DNA of 64,000 bases. It comes from Planctomycetota bacterium. GTDB lineage: Bacteria > Planctomycetota > UBA8108 > SXIK01. Under the pieces are notes generated by a model, which saw only the letters and a program-made list of their open reading frames with translations, had not been told where the DNA came from and ran no database searches. Below, in pieces: positions 61,801 through 64,000 of this stretch (positions within the stretch are counted from its first letter, which is position 1; each line of letters begins with the position of its first letter). Both the position numbers and the translations under genes were made by a program. The DNA lies in assembly GCA_965223845.1 (NCBI GenBank), contig CBDCXR010000004.1, forward strand, positions 896,001 through 960,000, in the 5' to 3' direction.

Positions 61801-63438
61801 TGGGACGTTTTCGAGGAGACCGGGAATCCCGACTGTTTCCACGATTTCGTTCGGCTTCACGCGAACGGCGATTACTTCGGCCTCTACGCGGAGTACGAGC
61901 ACCCGGACGCACGTTTTCTCGCGCGAAACGATCTCAATCCGGACGGCAACCTCTACAAGGCGACGGCTTCACGCGAGCAGCGAGACGGCTGGACTTACGA
62001 GAAGAAGACGAACGAGAGCACGGGAAATGCAGACCTCGTCGACTTTATTCACACGATGCACGACATCCCGACGAACCAGCTCGTGAGCTTCTTCGAGACG
62101 AACACCGAGCCGGACGTCATCATCGAATACCAGATGGCGCAGATCCTCACGAACAACCGTGACTATCCGCACAAGAATCACTACCTCTTTCACGACACCG
62201 AGAAGGGAGTCTGGTTCCCGACGGCGTGGGACATCGATCTCGTCTACGGAAAGCGCTGGGACGGGTCGTTCGAGGGCGTCCTCAACGACAAGATGGACAA
62301 CCCGGGCATCACGCCGTGGTACACGACGACGGTGCGCGGCGGGGGGATCGGAAACCATCTACTCGACAAGTTCTTCTCCCAGGCCGGGACGCACTTCCGC
62401 CGGGCCTACATCGTCCGGCTGTGGAACGCGATCCAAGAGAAGTACACGCTCGAGTACTACGACGGTCGCATCGACGAGTATCGCGCGCTTCTGTTCGAGG
62501 AGCAGCTCGAGGATATCGACGAGTGGGGCCGGTCTCGGGCGTCTGCGAACGACCCGACGGCTCCGGCGGAATTCGAGCCGAATCTCGAGCGCGTCCGCGA
62601 TCATGTTCGCATCCGCCGGAATTACCTGATCAACTACCTCCGGAATACGGAGGGCTTCGCGGGGAGCGACCGGCTGAAGATCACCGAGGTGATGTACAAC
62701 CCCCTCGGAGACGACCAGAGCGAATACATCGAGTTTTGGAACAACTCGGGTCGCTCGATCGACATTTCCGGCTGGTCCGTCAGAGGAGTCGGCGTCGAGA
62801 CCTTCACCTTCCCCGGCGGAACGGAAGTCGCGGACAACGAGGTGATCATCCTCGCGCGCAACCCCGCTCACTTCGTCGGAGTCTACGGCAATGTTGCGCG
62901 GACCTTCGGACCCTACACCGGGAACTTGAGCAACAGCGGCGAGGTGCTGCGTCTCCGAGACGACGGCGCGGGCTACGATGCGACCGTCGACTACCTCGAG
63001 TACGGGACGAGCGACCCCTGGCCGGGAGAGCCCGACGGGCTCGGTCACAGCCTCGAGCTGTTCAACGTCAGCGGAGACATCGACAACGACCGAGCGGAGA
63101 ACTGGCGCTCGTCCGTCTCGTTCGGCGGCTCGCCCGGCTTCGTTCATTTCGAGGGACAAGACGTGCCGCACTTCCGTCGCGGCAACTGCAACAACGATCA
63201 ACGGGTCGATATCACGGACGCGCTGGCGATCCTTCTCTATCTTTTCGCCGAACGGGAAGAGCCGCGTTGCATCGACGGTTGCGACGTGAACGGAAACGAG
63301 GGCGTCGCCATCGACGACGCGCTCGCACTCCTTCAGTATCTGTTCACGTCGCAGGGCTTCGTGATTCCGGCGCCCGATCCCGGCGACTGCGCACCGGCGC
63401 GAGAAGGCTTCTGTCAGCAGTCGAACTGCGTTTTGTGA
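58813..63438 (+). CDS. Secreted multidomain CotH kinase protein: Trp-rich domain, TSP3, LTDs, CBM-like domain, CotH, LTD, dockerin-like tail
   Basis: Signal ending VHA-D; TSP3 repeats; ISEIHYNP/INEIYYHP/ITEVMYNP LTDs; MFDDG..DG.AGDGVYGA; GIRRRGGS..KKYLKMKF, NRDYPHKNHYL, WFPTAWDIDL; FRRGNCN..ITDAL..CIDGCDVNG. Start uncertain. Confidence 0.88.
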   Translation: MLELRRPRGQLRRRTQQIVSGGRRRSNGRRSLWFVLGVPAVVLVSFGSRPVHADIIADSSADWSTTGTQGAGGWFHGYYNRSTDGNGTYQTGDFTAYTNSAGAGGGAVSPDGNHWTGSAWDLLDEASGPWTFSASEATHPNGTNNGDEHWTIRRWVSDFDGPVTIGWSTAKSNTNCGNGVGARLYLNGALIDSAAIGSGDGTGVTRELDRTISAGDVIDLALTPTGPDGSPSDGCDGSINRLWIDDLVSDLDDDGVLDGDDNCPRDPNPGQADGDSDGVGDVCDNCVDEPNEDQRDRDRDGLGDACDEPLTPDHFDVVISEIHYNPDDGSELEFVEFFNAADAALDLTGWSMTGAVRFVFPDGASIPPGGHVVVCRNSGVLSSTFGLDRTALFEWVAAALDNDGEEVVLLDATGAIVDSVRYDDSLPWDIDADGDGPSLQRLCVEGESENPQNWLADIGSPPTPMGEVQVPQCPPPVLPPPEIAINEIYYHPPGDQEEREYVELTNTTAAPIDLLGYCFSQGFSFCFDTSTVIEPGEFLVVCRDEAAVRSAFGITNTIGNFVGQLSNSGERITLLKPDGTLADSVRYRDEDKWNIAADGLGFSLEKYVPDATSDQPASWTDSGAAEGGGGGGWATASVRGTATSDRVYFYIEGPGEFLIDDVSLVNIADPDRNLLPNGDFDGGIAGWSGNGNHSGSTYNTENEALHVISSGTGTGSSNAVRVEAIEALERSNVTYELKFSYFHVSGSNELVARLSSSTPSRGIYWALVGGGGAGSVSPGAPNNALSTVVPPFATGIGRFPREPFSDEAVWLTTKVIGEATEVELVVDLDTGTQELEMFDDGVSNDGIAGDGVYGASVPPQPHHSVVTFKIVATGPGGQRTSPPRTDTEPVHAYYVSDYQPPSDLPVYTMILPTSSPRSWIAGLNCSTYRSCSFAVGGDVYYDVGIRRRGGSVCGDGDVIKKYLKMKFNRGHEFKGVRRINFQSLWTDKSLIRENLAWDVFEETGNPDCFHDFVRLHANGDYFGLYAEYEHPDARFLARNDLNPDGNLYKATASREQRDGWTYEKKTNESTGNADLVDFIHTMHDIPTNQLVSFFETNTEPDVIIEYQMAQILTNNRDYPHKNHYLFHDTEKGVWFPTAWDIDLVYGKRWDGSFEGVLNDKMDNPGITPWYTTTVRGGGIGNHLLDKFFSQAGTHFRRAYIVRLWNAIQEKYTLEYYDGRIDEYRALLFEEQLEDIDEWGRSRASANDPTAPAEFEPNLERVRDHVRIRRNYLINYLRNTEGFAGSDRLKITEVMYNPLGDDQSEYIEFWNNSGRSIDISGWSVRGVGVETFTFPGGTEVADNEVIILARNPAHFVGVYGNVARTFGPYTGNLSNSGEVLRLRDDGAGYDATVDYLEYGTSDPWPGEPDGLGHSLELFNVSGDIDNDRAENWRSSVSFGGSPGFVHFEGQDVPHFRRGNCNNDQRVDITDALAILLYLFAEREEPRCIDGCDVNGNEGVAIDDALALLQYLFTSQGFVIPAPDPGDCAPAREGFCQQSNCVL

Positions 63439-63657
63439 AGGACGAGGCGCGGCTCTCAGACGGCCGTGTTCTTGCTGGGAGCAGAGCGACCGAGGAGAAT
63501 GGCGGGATCTCTTCCGAGCCCGACGGGTTTCGGAGAGTGCGGGTGAGAAACCACTTCGAATCGAGTGAGAGGTAAGAGGCGGGCCGCGAGCCATCCCGGG
63601 AACGACCGCCCGGGGGGGAGACGTGAGTCGCCGAGGTTCTTCTTGGAGGGTGAATCT

Positions 63658-64000
63658 ATGCGTTTTCGAACGCCCATCGGGGTTGGGGTCGCGCTCTTCG
63701 TGCTCGCTTGGGGTACGACGGCCGACGCGCAAGTCATCGCGGACTCGTTCGACGACTGGTCGATCGACGGGATCCAAGGCGATAACAACTGGTACAACGG
63801 GTGGTACGACCGCAGCGCGGACGAGGACGACACGTACTCCGCAGAAGAAGACTTCATGGAGTTCGTGAACGACGGGACGGGCGATATCGTCAGCCCCGAC
63901 GGCAACCACTGGAACGGGACGGCTTGGGACCTTCACCCGACGGGCGCTCCGTGGACGGTGGTCGCGCAGGAGGCCACGCACTCGAACGGGACGAACAACG
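63658..64000 (+). CDS. Secreted protein starting with the Trp-rich repeat domain (runs off the window end)
   Basis: GGAGGG RBS, ATG 63658, MRFRTPIGVGVALFVLAWGTTADA signal, then VIADSFDDWS..GIQG..NW..GWY...PDGNHWNGTAWDL...PWT...HSNGTNN; absent from the ORF track because it has no stop in the window. Confidence 0.88.
   Translation, partial: MRFRTPIGVGVALFVLAWGTTADAQVIADSFDDWSIDGIQGDNNWYNGWYDRSADEDDTYSAEEDFMEFVNDGTGDIVSPDGNHWNGTAWDLHPTGAPWTVVAQEATHSNGTNN

Noticed and set aside
1-64000. Numerous long antisense or alternate-frame ORFs (e.g. 1930..3906 -, 5210..7051 -, 36437..38635 +, 45709..48042 +, 56284..58326 -) and long N-terminal extensions on real genes
   Set aside because: Arg/Pro/Ala-rich shadows of real genes, expected in high-GC DNA, with no motifs; starts were trimmed to codons supported by an RBS or domain boundary.

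Overview
High-GC bacterial chromosomal window, gene-dense, with no rRNA, tRNA, CRISPR array, transposase or integrase that I can see. The gene content (dockerin-like 'FxRGD' C-termini, LTD/CotH proteins, FG-GAP/ASPIC-UnbV protein, secondary SecA with HlyD adaptors) suggests Planctomycetota; this is an inference. In order: a GAF-HlyD / PqqD-M50-HlyD / truncated SecA / HlyD export-like operon; an NlpI-like TPR gene; cysC-cysD-cysN divergent from metH; assorted housekeeping genes (DUF1028, COG2521-like methyltransferase with RluA, BFD-like protein, two Gfo/Idh/MocA enzymes, GT4 GlgA/GlgM, DUF4432, Mrp with DUF971); a four-lipoprotein operon; and a large envelope/secretome region (three CotH-LTD proteins, a Ser/Thr kinase with an outer-membrane barrel, a GT-C-like protein, a GH-like protein, and proteins sharing a repeated Trp-rich ~150-200 aa domain). 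The best finding is on the minus strand: ORFs 56541..58499 and 54543..56519 are in the same frame, separated by a single UGA (56541-56543). A hairpin resembling the E. coli fdhF SECIS (GCGACA-GGUCG-UGUCGC) follows 11 nt after that UGA, and the UGA interrupts a seven-repeat FG-GAP propeller. This points to a ~1300-aa exported FG-GAP/ASPIC-UnbV/thioredoxin/TPR selenoprotein. Family names are from motif recognition only; no database searches were run.
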